Origin: Chloroflexota bacterium
Lineage (GTDB): Bacteria > Chloroflexota > Dehalococcoidia > UBA2979
Length of the DNA stretch: 64,000 nt
Assembly: GCA_027593235.1 (NCBI GenBank)
Contig: JAQCIU010000003.1
Location: forward strand, 77,844 to 141,843
Direction of reading: 5' to 3'
The position numbers and the translations under genes are program-made. The notes under the pieces are model-generated. The model did no database searches. It was given only the letters and a program-made list of their open reading frames with translations, and was not told where the DNA came from. Positions 38,044-47,659 of the stretch are shown one piece after another (positions within the stretch are counted from its first letter, which is position 1; the number at the start of each line of letters is the position of its first letter).

Positions 38044-39762
38044 TTAGGCGGCGCGCGCCTCGTCGTTCGTTGTGGCCTCGTGCGGCGGCCCGATGGTGAG
38101 CCGGGTCGGCTCGACGGCTGGGGTGCCGGTGGCCCTCGCGAGGCGGGTGTCGCGGACTTGCCAGCCGATTGCCACGGCGGCGGCGACGATCGCGAGGAGC
38201 AGCACGGCGGCGGCGTTGATCGCGAAGGCCCCCGCCTGGCCGTCGATGACGGCCTCGAGCTGATCGAGCGCGCGGACGGCGAGCGCGGTCGTGGCGCCAT
38301 CTTCGGCGAGCAGTTGCGCCTGCCGATCGGCGACCGCCGTTTCGAGGCGGGGCGCGCCCACGAGGGCGTAGAGCGGCCCGGCGGCGACGGCGATGAAGAG
38401 CGCGGGGCCGGCTACGGCGGCAGCGGCCCAGGTTGCCCGCGACCACCAACGGCGGCCACCGAGCATCCCGATCCACCCCGCGACGACGAGGATCAGCGTG
38501 GCCCCGGGGACGGCCCAGCTCGCGAACACCGAGGTGAACTGGCGTAGCTGCGCGAGCGGGTGCTGAGACGGCGCTGCGCCGGCTGCGGCGCCGTCCGCTG
38601 TGCCGGCCGGCAGGTCCTCGATGCCGAAGGTGCGTCCGTTGCTGGTGAAAAGCGCGCGCGCGTCATCGAGGGTGGCGAATGGCGGATCCTCGCTGGCGTC
38701 CAGCTCGCGCTGGATGTCGATGTCGTTCAGCACGAAACCGTCGCGGAGCAGCGTATCGGGGTCCGAGCGGAGGACTCCGGCGACGACCGGGGCGAGCGCC
38801 GGGTATGCGCTGAAGTTGATCTGAATGGCGAAGTGTTCGGTCTCGCCCGCGAGGTACGAGGTCAGTTCCCGGACGGCGCCAAACAGCTCCGCCTCGAGCC
38901 ACTGGGTCGCCTCGGCGCGCTCACTGCCGAGGAGGATGGTGAGCGGGCCGTCCGTGACGGAGGCGCCCTGCGAGACGGCGTTGACGAGCTGTTGCGCTGG
39001 CTCCGGCTCCACCGATTGCGTGACGACCAGCAGCGTTTTCAACCCGTCCAACTGCTGGATGGAAGCGGCGCCGCCGAGGGCGGTCTCGGTGAGCTGGCGG
39101 ATCTGCGCGTTCGGCGCTTCGGCCTCGTAGACGGAGCTGACGAGGCTGGTCTCCTCCTCGAGCGGCATGCCGTCGGCGCGGAGGCGGGAGAGCACGGGCA
39201 GCGAGAGCGGATCGTGGAACGCCTCGAGCTCCGGGATCTCTGTGGCGCCGCTGAGGCCGGCGATCGCGACGTTCCCGAGATCGAGGGTGGTCCAGGTGCG
39301 CTCGAACGCAGTGCTGTTGTCACCCGCTGCTCCCGAGGCGAGGAAGGCACTGTGTAGCGGCTCGCTGAGGCTGACCGCCCAATCGAGGTCGTCGCGCTCT
39401 CCTCGGAGGTAGGCGACGAGGCTGTCGATGCCGTCGGTGGTGATGTCCTCGAGGACTGTTGGCGGCAAGGCGGTGCGGGCGAAATCGAGCAGCGCGGCGC
39501 GCGAGGCGGGGTCGGTCGGCAGCGCGACGCCGTGGAGGCTGTCGGGGAGCTGCTGGTCTTGTTCGGCGAGGAAGTCATCGACGGCGCGCGGGAGCACTTC
39601 GTCGTGGACGGCGTCGAAGACGCCGACAGCGGCCAGTTGGTCCTCGTAGAAGCTGGAGGCGAGGACGGTCTCGTTCGCACGGTGCACGACCAGCGTGACG
39701 GCGAGCAGCAGCGTCAACACGACGGCAAGCGGAACAGTGAGGGCGCGGCGCACGACGATCAC
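38044..39762 (-). CDS. hypothetical membrane protein with large extracytoplasmic region
   Basis: 572 aa, one N-terminal and three C-terminal TM segments; coding-like bias. Confidence 0.75.
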   Translation of the reverse strand: MIVVRRALTVPLAVVLTLLLAVTLVVHRANETVLASSFYEDQLAAVGVFDAVHDEVLPRAVDDFLAEQDQQLPDSLHGVALPTDPASRAALLDFARTALPPTVLEDITTDGIDSLVAYLRGERDDLDWAVSLSEPLHSAFLASGAAGDNSTAFERTWTTLDLGNVAIAGLSGATEIPELEAFHDPLSLPVLSRLRADGMPLEEETSLVSSVYEAEAPNAQIRQLTETALGGAASIQQLDGLKTLLVVTQSVEPEPAQQLVNAVSQGASVTDGPLTILLGSERAEATQWLEAELFGAVRELTSYLAGETEHFAIQINFSAYPALAPVVAGVLRSDPDTLLRDGFVLNDIDIQRELDASEDPPFATLDDARALFTSNGRTFGIEDLPAGTADGAAAGAAPSQHPLAQLRQFTSVFASWAVPGATLILVVAGWIGMLGGRRWWSRATWAAAAVAGPALFIAVAAGPLYALVGAPRLETAVADRQAQLLAEDGATTALAVRALDQLEAVIDGQAGAFAINAAAVLLLAIVAAAVAIGWQVRDTRLARATGTPAVEPTRLTIGPPHEATTNDEARAA

Positions 39763-39922
39763 GGAAAACTCCCGATCGTGGTCACGCGAGATCGCACGAC
39801 CGTCTGGGGATCATCGGTTCATCGGTGGGAGCGGACAGTGAGGTTCGCAAGGGCGGCGTCAGGTTGGTCTGGGCGCCAGCCGTGCGGTCGGCCGGATAGC
39901 GGGCCAGCCCGAGGCCGGTGGC

Positions 39923-39938
39923 GGTGACGGCGATCACG
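39923..39938. promoter_or_regulatory. CRP/FNR-type box
   Basis: GGTGA-CGGCGA-TCACG matches the GTGA-N6-TCAC core, about 60 bp upstream of the Crp-family gene. Confidence 0.4.
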
Positions 39939-40000
39939 GCCCGCCGCTGGATGAACGCGGACACTGACAGGGTGCGGTCGCACGGACCGATCCGGAGCAG

Positions 40001-41044
40001 ATGATGGCCAGTTCAACCCTCCGGGGCCTGCGCGCGACGGAGCGTTTGGGCGGCGTACCCGGGGGCATCTCGACACTCACGGTGTACGTGGAGCCGGGCT
40101 GTAGCTCGTGTCACGCGGCGCGCGAGGTGGCGCATCGCGTGCGCAGCATCTACCCGGAGATCCGCGTCCGTGTCGTGGACCTCAGCGAGGTATCCTCGGA
40201 CGAGGTTCCCGACGAGGTATTCGCGGCACCGACGTTCCTCCTTGATGGCGAGGTCGTGTCGTTGGGTACGCCCGCGTGGGGAACGCTGACGGCACTCCTG
40301 GAGCGCGCGCCCTCGGGACAGCGCGAACAGGGTGGAGGCGAGTTCTTGGCGACGAGCATGTCCCGATCGCTTCCTACACCCGACGCGACGCCGTGTCTGA
40401 TGGAGGCCGATCTCTTCCAGGATCTGGCGCCCCCGGAGATGCAGGAGATCGAGCGCAGCACGACGATGAGTTCGTGCAAACGCGGCACGGTCTTCTTCGC
40501 GCCCGAGGAAACCGGCGAGGTGCTGTTCATCCTCAAGGCCGGGCGCGTGAACCTGTACCGCGTGACCGAAGAGGGCAAGAAACTGGTGACCGCGACGCTG
40601 GAGCCTGGCTCCGTGTTCGGCGAGATGATGCTGGTCGGACAGGGGATGAGCGGCAGCTTCGCGGAGGCGGCGGAGGACTGCACGCTCTGCGTGATGTCGC
40701 GGCAGGACGTCCAGCGCGTGATCCACCAGTACCCTGCGATCGCGCTGCGGCTGCTGGAGGGCATGGCACGGCGCCTGGACGACGCCGAGGAGCGCCTAGC
40801 GGACGTGGCTTACAAGTCCGTGCCGGCGCGGATCGCGACGACGTTGCTGCGCCTGTCGGGTCCGGACAATCGACCGGTGAACCTGTCGCACCAGGACATC
40901 GCGGACATGGTGGGCACCTACCGCGAGACGGCGACCCGGATCCTGAACGAGATGCGTGGCGACTAGCTGGTTGAGCTGAAGCGGATGCGGATCAGCGTGA
41001 CGGATCGCCGCCGGCTCGCGCTCCTCGCCGCCGAGGTCGTCTAG
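40001..41044 (+). CDS. thioredoxin-like (CxxC) domain fused in frame to Crp/Fnr regulator; in-frame TAG at 40964-40966
   Basis: VEPGCSSC...APTFLLDG, then cNMP-binding-fold domain and HTH SHQDIADMVGTYRETATR; HTH wing continues 25 codons past the TAG. Confidence 0.75.
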
Positions 41045-41122
41045 CAGTAAGACTATTCGGTTCTCTTCGGTCTCATCGAGGCCAGTGCGTGCCTCTTTCC
41101 CAACGAACGGTGTCCGTCCTCG

Positions 41123-42334
41123 ATGGTCTCCCGCACGGTGATCACGCTGGCGATCGCGATGTTCTCCGCCGCTTTTGGCGTGGGGATCGTCGCGCCCGTA
41201 CTCCCGGTGCGCGCGGAGGAACTGGGCGCGAGCGGTGCGCAGGTGGGGCTCACGTTCTCGGCGTTCGCACTCACCCAGCTCTTCGTCAGTCCATTCACCG
41301 GACGGATCGCGGATCGTTACGGTCGCAAGCAGTTCATCCTGATCGGCATCGCGACCTACATCATCGCGGCGCTGGGCTGGCGGGAGACCGACAGCATCAG
41401 CGTGGTGATCGCCCTGCGCGCGCTGACCGGGATTGGCTCCGGCCTCGTCTTCTCGCTCGTCCTCTCCTACATCGGCGACCTTGCTCCCGAGGGCCAGGAG
41501 GGACGGTACATGGGGCTGTTCGGGGTGTTCGAGTTCCTCGGATTTGGGATGGGGCCGGTGGTGTCCGGCGTCGTCCGCGACCGCGCGGGGTTCGACGCCG
41601 TGTTCCTGTTGATGGCGGGGATGCTCTCGGTGAGTGGCGTCGTGATCCTGTTGTTCCTGCCGTGGTGGATCGATCGCCAGGGCGAAGGCACCGTGCGCAA
41701 ACGGCTGGTGCCGTGGAGCGAGATCCTCGGCGATCGTTACCTGCAGGCGCTGTTCGCGCAGCGGGTGGGCTTCTCGTTCGCATTCGGGTCGGCGTTCTCC
41801 TTCCTCGCGCTGTACCTGGAGGAGGAGATCGCGGCGACGGCGACCATAGTGGGCTTCGTGCTCGCCGGGCAGGAGTTGCTCGGCGGTGGGCTGCAGCCGC
41901 TGTTTGGGCCGCTTGCCGATCGGTTCGATCGCCGGATCCTCGTGGCGGTCGGCAGCGTCATCGTCGCCGCGGGGTATCTGACGATGGCGTTCACGTCCGA
42001 GTACTGGGTCATTCTCGCGGCGTTCGTTGGCGGCGCCGGTCTGGGATCGGCGTTGATGAGCGTGTCCTCGATGGCGATCCAGGTCGATCTTGGGCGACGA
42101 CTGGGGATGGCGACGACGATGAGTTTCGCCTCGACGGGGTTTGCCGCCGGGGTGCTGATCGGATCGCTATCCGCGGGCTACATCGCGGATGCCGCCGGGA
42201 CGCGGTACGTGTTCCTTGCGGCCGCGGTCGCAGTTCTGCTGGGTGCGGGGGCGTTCGTGCTTCGCACGCTGCAGCCGCTGCCCGCGTTGCCGCCTGGTGA
42301 CCTTGCTCACGACGCAGGTGCTCCGTCTGCGTAA
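41123..42334 (+). CDS. MFS transporter (DHA1-like)
   Basis: GRIADRYGRK motif A, GPLADRFDRR repeat, about 12 TM. Confidence 0.92.
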   Translation: MVSRTVITLAIAMFSAAFGVGIVAPVLPVRAEELGASGAQVGLTFSAFALTQLFVSPFTGRIADRYGRKQFILIGIATYIIAALGWRETDSISVVIALRALTGIGSGLVFSLVLSYIGDLAPEGQEGRYMGLFGVFEFLGFGMGPVVSGVVRDRAGFDAVFLLMAGMLSVSGVVILLFLPWWIDRQGEGTVRKRLVPWSEILGDRYLQALFAQRVGFSFAFGSAFSFLALYLEEEIAATATIVGFVLAGQELLGGGLQPLFGPLADRFDRRILVAVGSVIVAAGYLTMAFTSEYWVILAAFVGGAGLGSALMSVSSMAIQVDLGRRLGMATTMSFASTGFAAGVLIGSLSAGYIADAAGTRYVFLAAAVAVLLGAGAFVLRTLQPLPALPPGDLAHDAGAPSA

Positions 42335-42380
42335 TACTTCGGTCATCCTCTCGTCCCAGACGTCCGATAGTCTCGAAGTG

Positions 42381-42947
42381 ATGAAGACGAACAACCGCCG
42401 CTTCCGCCGCACCCATTCGATGTTTGCCATCGCGACGCTGATCGCGCTGGGCGCGCTCGCCTGTGGCTGGACAGAGACGGCGGCGACAGCGACCGCGACG
42501 GTCGGGGCGACCGAGGCCGCGCAAGCGGCGGCGACCGACGGCGCGACGAGCTACGACTTCCCGACAGGCGATGCGGTGCTGGTGCCAGTTGGCTATCAGC
42601 ACCCCGGCGATCACGTGGACAATACCGGCGCGTTCCTCCCGGCGAACGGGAAGCCGACGATGGTGTTCGTCGATGCGATTTGGTGACCGACCTGCGCGCT
42701 GACGCGGCCCGTCGTGCACGGGCTCCGACCGGAATACCAGGACAAAGTGAACTTCGTGATCCTCGATTACGACATCGCCGAGCAGCGTGAGTTCGCGGGG
42801 GAGATGGCTGCGGCGCGGCACCCGGCGTTCGCGGTGATCCCGCCGAACGAGGGCCCGAATCGTGCGTCGGAACTCCGCTTCGGGCCATTCAACGAGGACG
42901 GGCTGCGCGAGTACCTGGATGGCGTGATCGCCAGCTACGGCAGCTAG
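42381..42947 (+). CDS. thioredoxin-fold lipoprotein, putative selenoprotein (UxxC; Sec at TGA 42684-42686)
   Basis: Lipobox ALAC; GKPTMVFVDAIW-TGA-PTC continues in frame into ORF 42714..42947; hairpin follows the TGA. Confidence 0.85.
42707..42723 (+). other. bacterial SECIS-like hairpin
   Basis: GCCCGT-CGTGC-ACGGGC; loop starts 26 nt after UGA with G in second loop position. Confidence 0.65.
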
Positions 42948-43003
42948 CGCTCAGCCCGACTGCTGCCCCGCCAGCGTCCCGGACGCTGTCCCGACTGCCC
43001 TCG

Positions 43004-44317
43004 CTAGCCGCAGATGCCGCGGATGGTGTCGTGCAGGATCCGGATGCCCATCCGCAGGTTCTCGATCGAGAGGCATTCGTCGTTGCCGTGCGCGCGGCCG
43101 ACTTCCTTCGGCCCCAGCAGCACCGGGATAAAGCCGTAGGCGGTGATGCCGTGGCGACGGAACACGCGCGAGTCGGTGAAGCCGGTCGAGACGCTGGGGA
43201 CGACCAGCGCGTCCTCGACGTGCGACTTGGCGGTCGCCGACATCACGGCGTACAGCTCCGTATCGAGGCGTGACGGGGGCGTCGAGGATTCGAACTCGCG
43301 CGTGATCTCGACGCCGGCGTCGTCGATCACCTCGCGCAGTTCGCGCATGAACTCCTCGGGGTCGTAGGCAGGGACGAGCCGGCAGTCGAGGGTGGCCGTG
43401 GCCTCGGCGGGGATCACGTTCATCTTCACGCCGGCGTGCAACGTGGTGAGCGAGATCGAGTTGGTCTGGAGCGAGTGGATGCGCGGGTGCTGCGCGGCGA
43501 GCCCGGCGAGCATCGATTCGGTCGGGGCTTCCGCGACGACACCCGCCTCGTGCAGCAACTGGAAGTACTCCTGGACCTCGGGGGTGACGATCAGCGGGCG
43601 GTCCCAGGCAGCGATGCGGTCCAACGCGCGCACCAGGCGTACGGCCGCGTTGTCGGCGGTGGGGACGGAGCCGTGACCGGGCGCACCGACGGTGCGCAGC
43701 TTGAGCCAGAACGGCCCCTTCTCGGAGACGCCGATGTTGAAGGTCGGGCGCTCCACGCCGAGCACCTCGACGGTGCCGGACCCGCCCTCGTTGATCACGT
43801 ACTCGCAATCGAGGAGTTCGGGGTGCTCCTTCGCGAGGTACTCCGCGCCAAAGGCAGAGCCGGCTTCCTCGTCGGCGACGGCCATGAAGACCAGGTCGCG
43901 CTTGAGCGGGAGGTTGTGGCGCTTGTGGAGGAGGAAGGAGATGAACTCCATAATCCCCATCCCCTTCATATCGGTGGCGCCGCGCCCCCAGATGAAGCCG
44001 TCGCGGATCTCGCCGGCCATCGGTTCGACGGTCCAGTGCTCACGCTCGAAGGGGACGACGTCGGTGTGGTTGAGGAGGATGAGCGCCTTGCCACGTGAGC
44101 CGTCGCCGGGCAGGCGGGCGACGAGGTTGAGGCGATCCGGGGTCGCGCCGTAGGTCTCGTAGGGAATGCCTTCGCGATCAAGGATTTCGCCGAACCAGGC
44201 GACGGCGCGGCTTTCGTTCCCCGGGGGATTGATGGTGTCCACGCGGATGTATTCGGAGAGCCATTCCGTGGCCTGCTCACCAAGGGCGTCCCAGTCGATC
44301 CGGGGCTGTGTGGTCAC
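43004..44317 (-). CDS. M20/M25/M40 family metallopeptidase
   Basis: NHTDVVP, GRGATDMKG, ADEEAG, INEGG, AHGNDE; AAGGAG RBS. Confidence 0.93.
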   Translation of the reverse strand: MTTQPRIDWDALGEQATEWLSEYIRVDTINPPGNESRAVAWFGEILDREGIPYETYGATPDRLNLVARLPGDGSRGKALILLNHTDVVPFEREHWTVEPMAGEIRDGFIWGRGATDMKGMGIMEFISFLLHKRHNLPLKRDLVFMAVADEEAGSAFGAEYLAKEHPELLDCEYVINEGGSGTVEVLGVERPTFNIGVSEKGPFWLKLRTVGAPGHGSVPTADNAAVRLVRALDRIAAWDRPLIVTPEVQEYFQLLHEAGVVAEAPTESMLAGLAAQHPRIHSLQTNSISLTTLHAGVKMNVIPAEATATLDCRLVPAYDPEEFMRELREVIDDAGVEITREFESSTPPSRLDTELYAVMSATAKSHVEDALVVPSVSTGFTDSRVFRRHGITAYGFIPVLLGPKEVGRAHGNDECLSIENLRMGIRILHDTIRGICG

Positions 44318-44332
44318 CGCGTGGTCTCCTTC

Positions 44333-44368
44333 TGAGTCCCTTGAATCCGCTGAATCCGCTGAATCCGT
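44333..44368. repeat. 9-bp tandem repeat (TGAATCCGC)x3 plus one degenerate unit
   Basis: TGAGTCCCT TGAATCCGC TGAATCCGC TGAATCCGT, intergenic. Confidence 0.8.
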
Positions 44369-44377
44369 GTGAGGCGG

Positions 44378-45241
44378 CTAGGCGCTGAATGCCTGCTTGA
44401 ACTGCTCGATCGCGGTGATGTGTTGGCCGACCGAGGTGAAGCCAGCGTTCATGGTGCCGACCCCGAGGTGAGTGACCCCCGCTTCGACCCACTCGTTCGC
44501 GAGCGCGACGGCTTCGCTGACGTCCCCGCCGAGCTGCACTCGGCCCTCGACACCGACGTCCGAGGGCGATCGGCCCGCTGCCTTCGCGGCGGCGTGCACC
44601 CGCTCGAGGCCGGCCGCGAGTTCTTCGGGCTTGCGGTACTGGGGGAACCAGCCGTCGGCGAGGCGGCCGACGCGTTCGATCACGGGGTCGGACATGCCGC
44701 CCATCCAGATCGGGATCGCGCGCTTGGTCGGGAGTGGCTTGATGCCGGCGCGAACGACCGAGTGGTGGCGTCCCTCGAAGCTGACCGTCGGCTCGGCCCA
44801 GAGCGCGCGGAGGAGGGCGATCTGCTCCTCGACGCGGCGGCCGCGGTCGTGGAAGTTCTCGCCGAGCGCCTCGTATTCGACGGCGTTCCAGCCGACGCCG
44901 ACGCCGAGGCGGAGCCGTCCGCCGGAGAGCACATCGACCTCGGCGGCCTGCTTGGCGACCAGGGCGGTCTGCCGCTGGGGGAGGATCAGGATGCCGGTCA
45001 CCAGTTCGAGGCGCTGGGTGATCGCGGCGAGGTAGCCGAACAGCACCATCGGCTCGTGAAACAGCGTCTCGTGATCGTACGGACCAGTGAAGCCGCCGGG
45101 CCGATCACGTTCGGCGCCGAGGACGTGATCGTAGACCACCAGGTGCTCGTACCCGGCGGCCTCGGCGGCCAGTGCGTAGTCGCGGACCGGGCCGGGGTCG
45201 GCGCCGATCTCCGTTTGTGGGAAGACCACCCCGAGTTGCAT
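44378..45241 (-). CDS. LLM-class (probably F420-dependent) oxidoreductase
   Basis: VVYDHVLG, HEP, LPQRQTALVAKQAAEVD..SGGRLRLGVGVGWN.EY. Confidence 0.92.
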   Translation of the reverse strand: MQLGVVFPQTEIGADPGPVRDYALAAEAAGYEHLVVYDHVLGAERDRPGGFTGPYDHETLFHEPMVLFGYLAAITQRLELVTGILILPQRQTALVAKQAAEVDVLSGGRLRLGVGVGWNAVEYEALGENFHDRGRRVEEQIALLRALWAEPTVSFEGRHHSVVRAGIKPLPTKRAIPIWMGGMSDPVIERVGRLADGWFPQYRKPEELAAGLERVHAAAKAAGRSPSDVGVEGRVQLGGDVSEAVALANEWVEAGVTHLGVGTMNAGFTSVGQHITAIEQFKQAFSA

Positions 45242-45418
45242 GTGCGCCCCTGTCCCGTGGTGCCTCTAGCGTGGGCCCGGTAGTGCGCGCGCTCCGCGAA
45301 GCCGCCCGGGTGTCGTCACCTTGGCGACAGCACGATCCCCTGTCAACGCGGGCGATGACGGGCGTGAACGCGCTCGCGTGGCGGACGGCCGATCGGTAGC
45401 CTCACCGCCAGCACGACG

Positions 45419-46378
45419 GTGGACGGTTGGTCGCGAGCGGGGGCGGCGGTGACGGCGGGACGCTGGTTCATCCTCGGGCTGGGGATCATCGGTATTTCCT
45501 GGTCAGCGCCGCTGATCCGGCTCGCCGATCCCGCGCCCGTGCTCGCGATCGCGGCACTGCGGCTCGTCTTCGCCTCGCCAGCGATGCTCGCGTACGCGTC
45601 GGTCCGAGGCGTGGGCGATCTGCGGGAGTCGAGGCGCGGGGAGCGGATCGCGCTGGTGCTTTCAGCGCTGGCACTCGCGCTGCACTTCGCGCTCTGGATC
45701 GCGGCGCTACAGCGCACCTCGGTGGTGACCGGTGTCGTGCTGGTCACGATGCAACCGATCTTCGTTGGTCTGGGCGCCTGGATCGTGCTGCGGGAGCGGC
45801 CGACACGCGCGCTGGTGATCGGCTCGGCGATCGCCCTCGTCGGCGCCGCACTCCTCGCTGGCGACGACCTCGGTGACCGCGGATCGCTGGAGGGCGATCT
45901 GCTGGCGCTGGGCGGCGGGCTGCTCTCCAGCGCGTACCTCGTGATCGGGCGGAGTGCGCGGCGGCGCATCTCCACGGCGAGCTACGGCGCCAGCGTTTAC
46001 ACGCTGACGGCGTTGTTCCTGCTAGTGGCGGTCGCCGTCAGCGGGACGCCGCTGACCGGGCACCCGGCCAGCTCGTACCTCGCGATTCTCGCCGTGGCGG
46101 TGGTGTCGCAACTGATCGGCCACAACGCGATGAACTGGGCGCTCGGCTTCCTGCCGGCGGCGGTGGTGGCGATCGCGATCCTCGGCGAGCCGGTTGGCGC
46201 GACGGTGATCGCCGCGTTCGTCCTCGACGAGGTGCCTACACTGCTGGAGCTTGCCGGAGCAATGGTCGTGCTGGCTGGCGTCTACGTGGCGCTGCGGCAC
46301 GCGGCGCCGGTGATTGCACCCGAACCGATTGCGCCGGAGATCGCGGCGATGACTGGTCCGGCGAAGCCGGACGCCTGA
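45419..46378 (+). CDS. DMT/EamA family transporter
   Basis: About 10 TM segments in two repeats, SQLIGH..NWAL, LGEPVGA. Confidence 0.9.
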   Translation: MDGWSRAGAAVTAGRWFILGLGIIGISWSAPLIRLADPAPVLAIAALRLVFASPAMLAYASVRGVGDLRESRRGERIALVLSALALALHFALWIAALQRTSVVTGVVLVTMQPIFVGLGAWIVLRERPTRALVIGSAIALVGAALLAGDDLGDRGSLEGDLLALGGGLLSSAYLVIGRSARRRISTASYGASVYTLTALFLLVAVAVSGTPLTGHPASSYLAILAVAVVSQLIGHNAMNWALGFLPAAVVAIAILGEPVGATVIAAFVLDEVPTLLELAGAMVVLAGVYVALRHAAPVIAPEPIAPEIAAMTGPAKPDA

Positions 46379-46418
46379 CCCGCCGGTCCAACGAAGCGCT
46401 GACGAAGGAGACACCTCG

Positions 46419-47657
46419 ATGCCGGCATTGGCGACGACCGGTCCGCTGTCCGGACTGCGCATCCTCGATCTGACGTGGGTGCTGTCCGGGCCGTTCGCGA
46501 CGATGACGTTGAGCGACCTGGGCGCCGACGTGATCAAGCTGGAGCGGCCGCCGTTTGGCGACGTGTCGAGGACGACCGGTCCGCTGGTGGACGGAGAGTC
46601 CGGCTACTTCTTCTCCGTGAACCGCGGCAAACGCTCGATCTCGATCGACCTCAAGTCCGAGGAGGGCAAGGCGCTGTTCCGTCAGCTCGTCGGCGAGGTG
46701 GACGTGCTGGTCGAGAACTTTACGCCGGGCGCGATGGACGGCCTGGGCCTCGGCTACCCGGCGCTCTCGGAGGTGAATCCGCGACTGATTTACGCGGCGA
46801 TCTCGGGCTACGGCCAGACCGGACCGATGGCGAAGCTGCCGGCGCTCGACGTGATCGTGCAGGGCGCGGGCGGGGTGATGTCGATTACCGGCGAGCCCGG
46901 CGGCGTTCCAACGCGCCCGGGCTTCTCGCTCGGCGACATCGCGGCGGGGCTCTACTGCGCGGTCGGGATCCTGGCGGCGCTGCGCGAGCGGGAGCAGTCG
47001 GGGCTGGGGCAGCTCGTCGACATCTCGATGCTGGACTGCCAGATCGCGATCCTCGAGAACGCGTTCATGCGGTACCACGTGACGGGGGAGACGCCGGTGC
47101 CGCTGGGGACGCGGCACCCCACGGCGGTCCCGTTCCAGGCGTTTCCGACGAAGGACGGGTACCTCGTACTCGCGCTCGCCTGGGGGGTGCCCAACCAGTG
47201 GGCGCTGCTCTGCGCGGAGCTGGACGTGCACGAGTTGATCGACGACGAACGATTCGCGACGGCGCAGGTCCGCTCGGCGAACCACGCAGCCCTCGAGCCG
47301 TTGCTGATCGAGGCGTTCGCGAAGCGGACGACGGAGGAGTGGGTGACCGCCCTGCAACCGTACGGGATGCCGGTCGGACCACTGAACAACATCCCGACGA
47401 CGGCGGCACTGCCGCAGGTGGCGGAGCGCGGCGCGCTGGTGCCGACCCCGCACCACACGATCGGCACGATCCCGCTGACGAACACGCCGGTGAAACTGTC
47501 GCGGACGCCGGGTGGGATCAAGGGCACTTCGCCGGACATGGGGCAGCACAGCCGCGAGGTCCTCGCGGAGTTGTTGGGCCTCGATAGCGGTGCGATCGAG
47601 GCCTTGATCGCACGCGAGGTGGTGCGCGACGAGCGTGCCGAGGTGGAACTGGGCTAG
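46419..47657 (+). CDS. CaiB/BaiF family III CoA-transferase
   Basis: GPLSGLRILDLT, GADVIKLE, NRGKRS, ENFTPG, GDIAAG; AAGGAG RBS. Confidence 0.95.
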   Translation: MPALATTGPLSGLRILDLTWVLSGPFATMTLSDLGADVIKLERPPFGDVSRTTGPLVDGESGYFFSVNRGKRSISIDLKSEEGKALFRQLVGEVDVLVENFTPGAMDGLGLGYPALSEVNPRLIYAAISGYGQTGPMAKLPALDVIVQGAGGVMSITGEPGGVPTRPGFSLGDIAAGLYCAVGILAALREREQSGLGQLVDISMLDCQIAILENAFMRYHVTGETPVPLGTRHPTAVPFQAFPTKDGYLVLALAWGVPNQWALLCAELDVHELIDDERFATAQVRSANHAALEPLLIEAFAKRTTEEWVTALQPYGMPVGPLNNIPTTAALPQVAERGALVPTPHHTIGTIPLTNTPVKLSRTPGGIKGTSPDMGQHSREVLAELLGLDSGAIEALIAREVVRDERAEVELG

Positions 47658-47659
47658 CC

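Noticed and set aside
40964-40966. Pyrrolysine or genome-wide TAG recoding
   Set aside because: Many intact genes in the window end at TAG at the expected family C-terminus, and no pyl genes are visible
44333-44368. CRISPR array
   Set aside because: 9-bp units without spacers; no cas genes and no repeat-spacer array seen anywhere in the window
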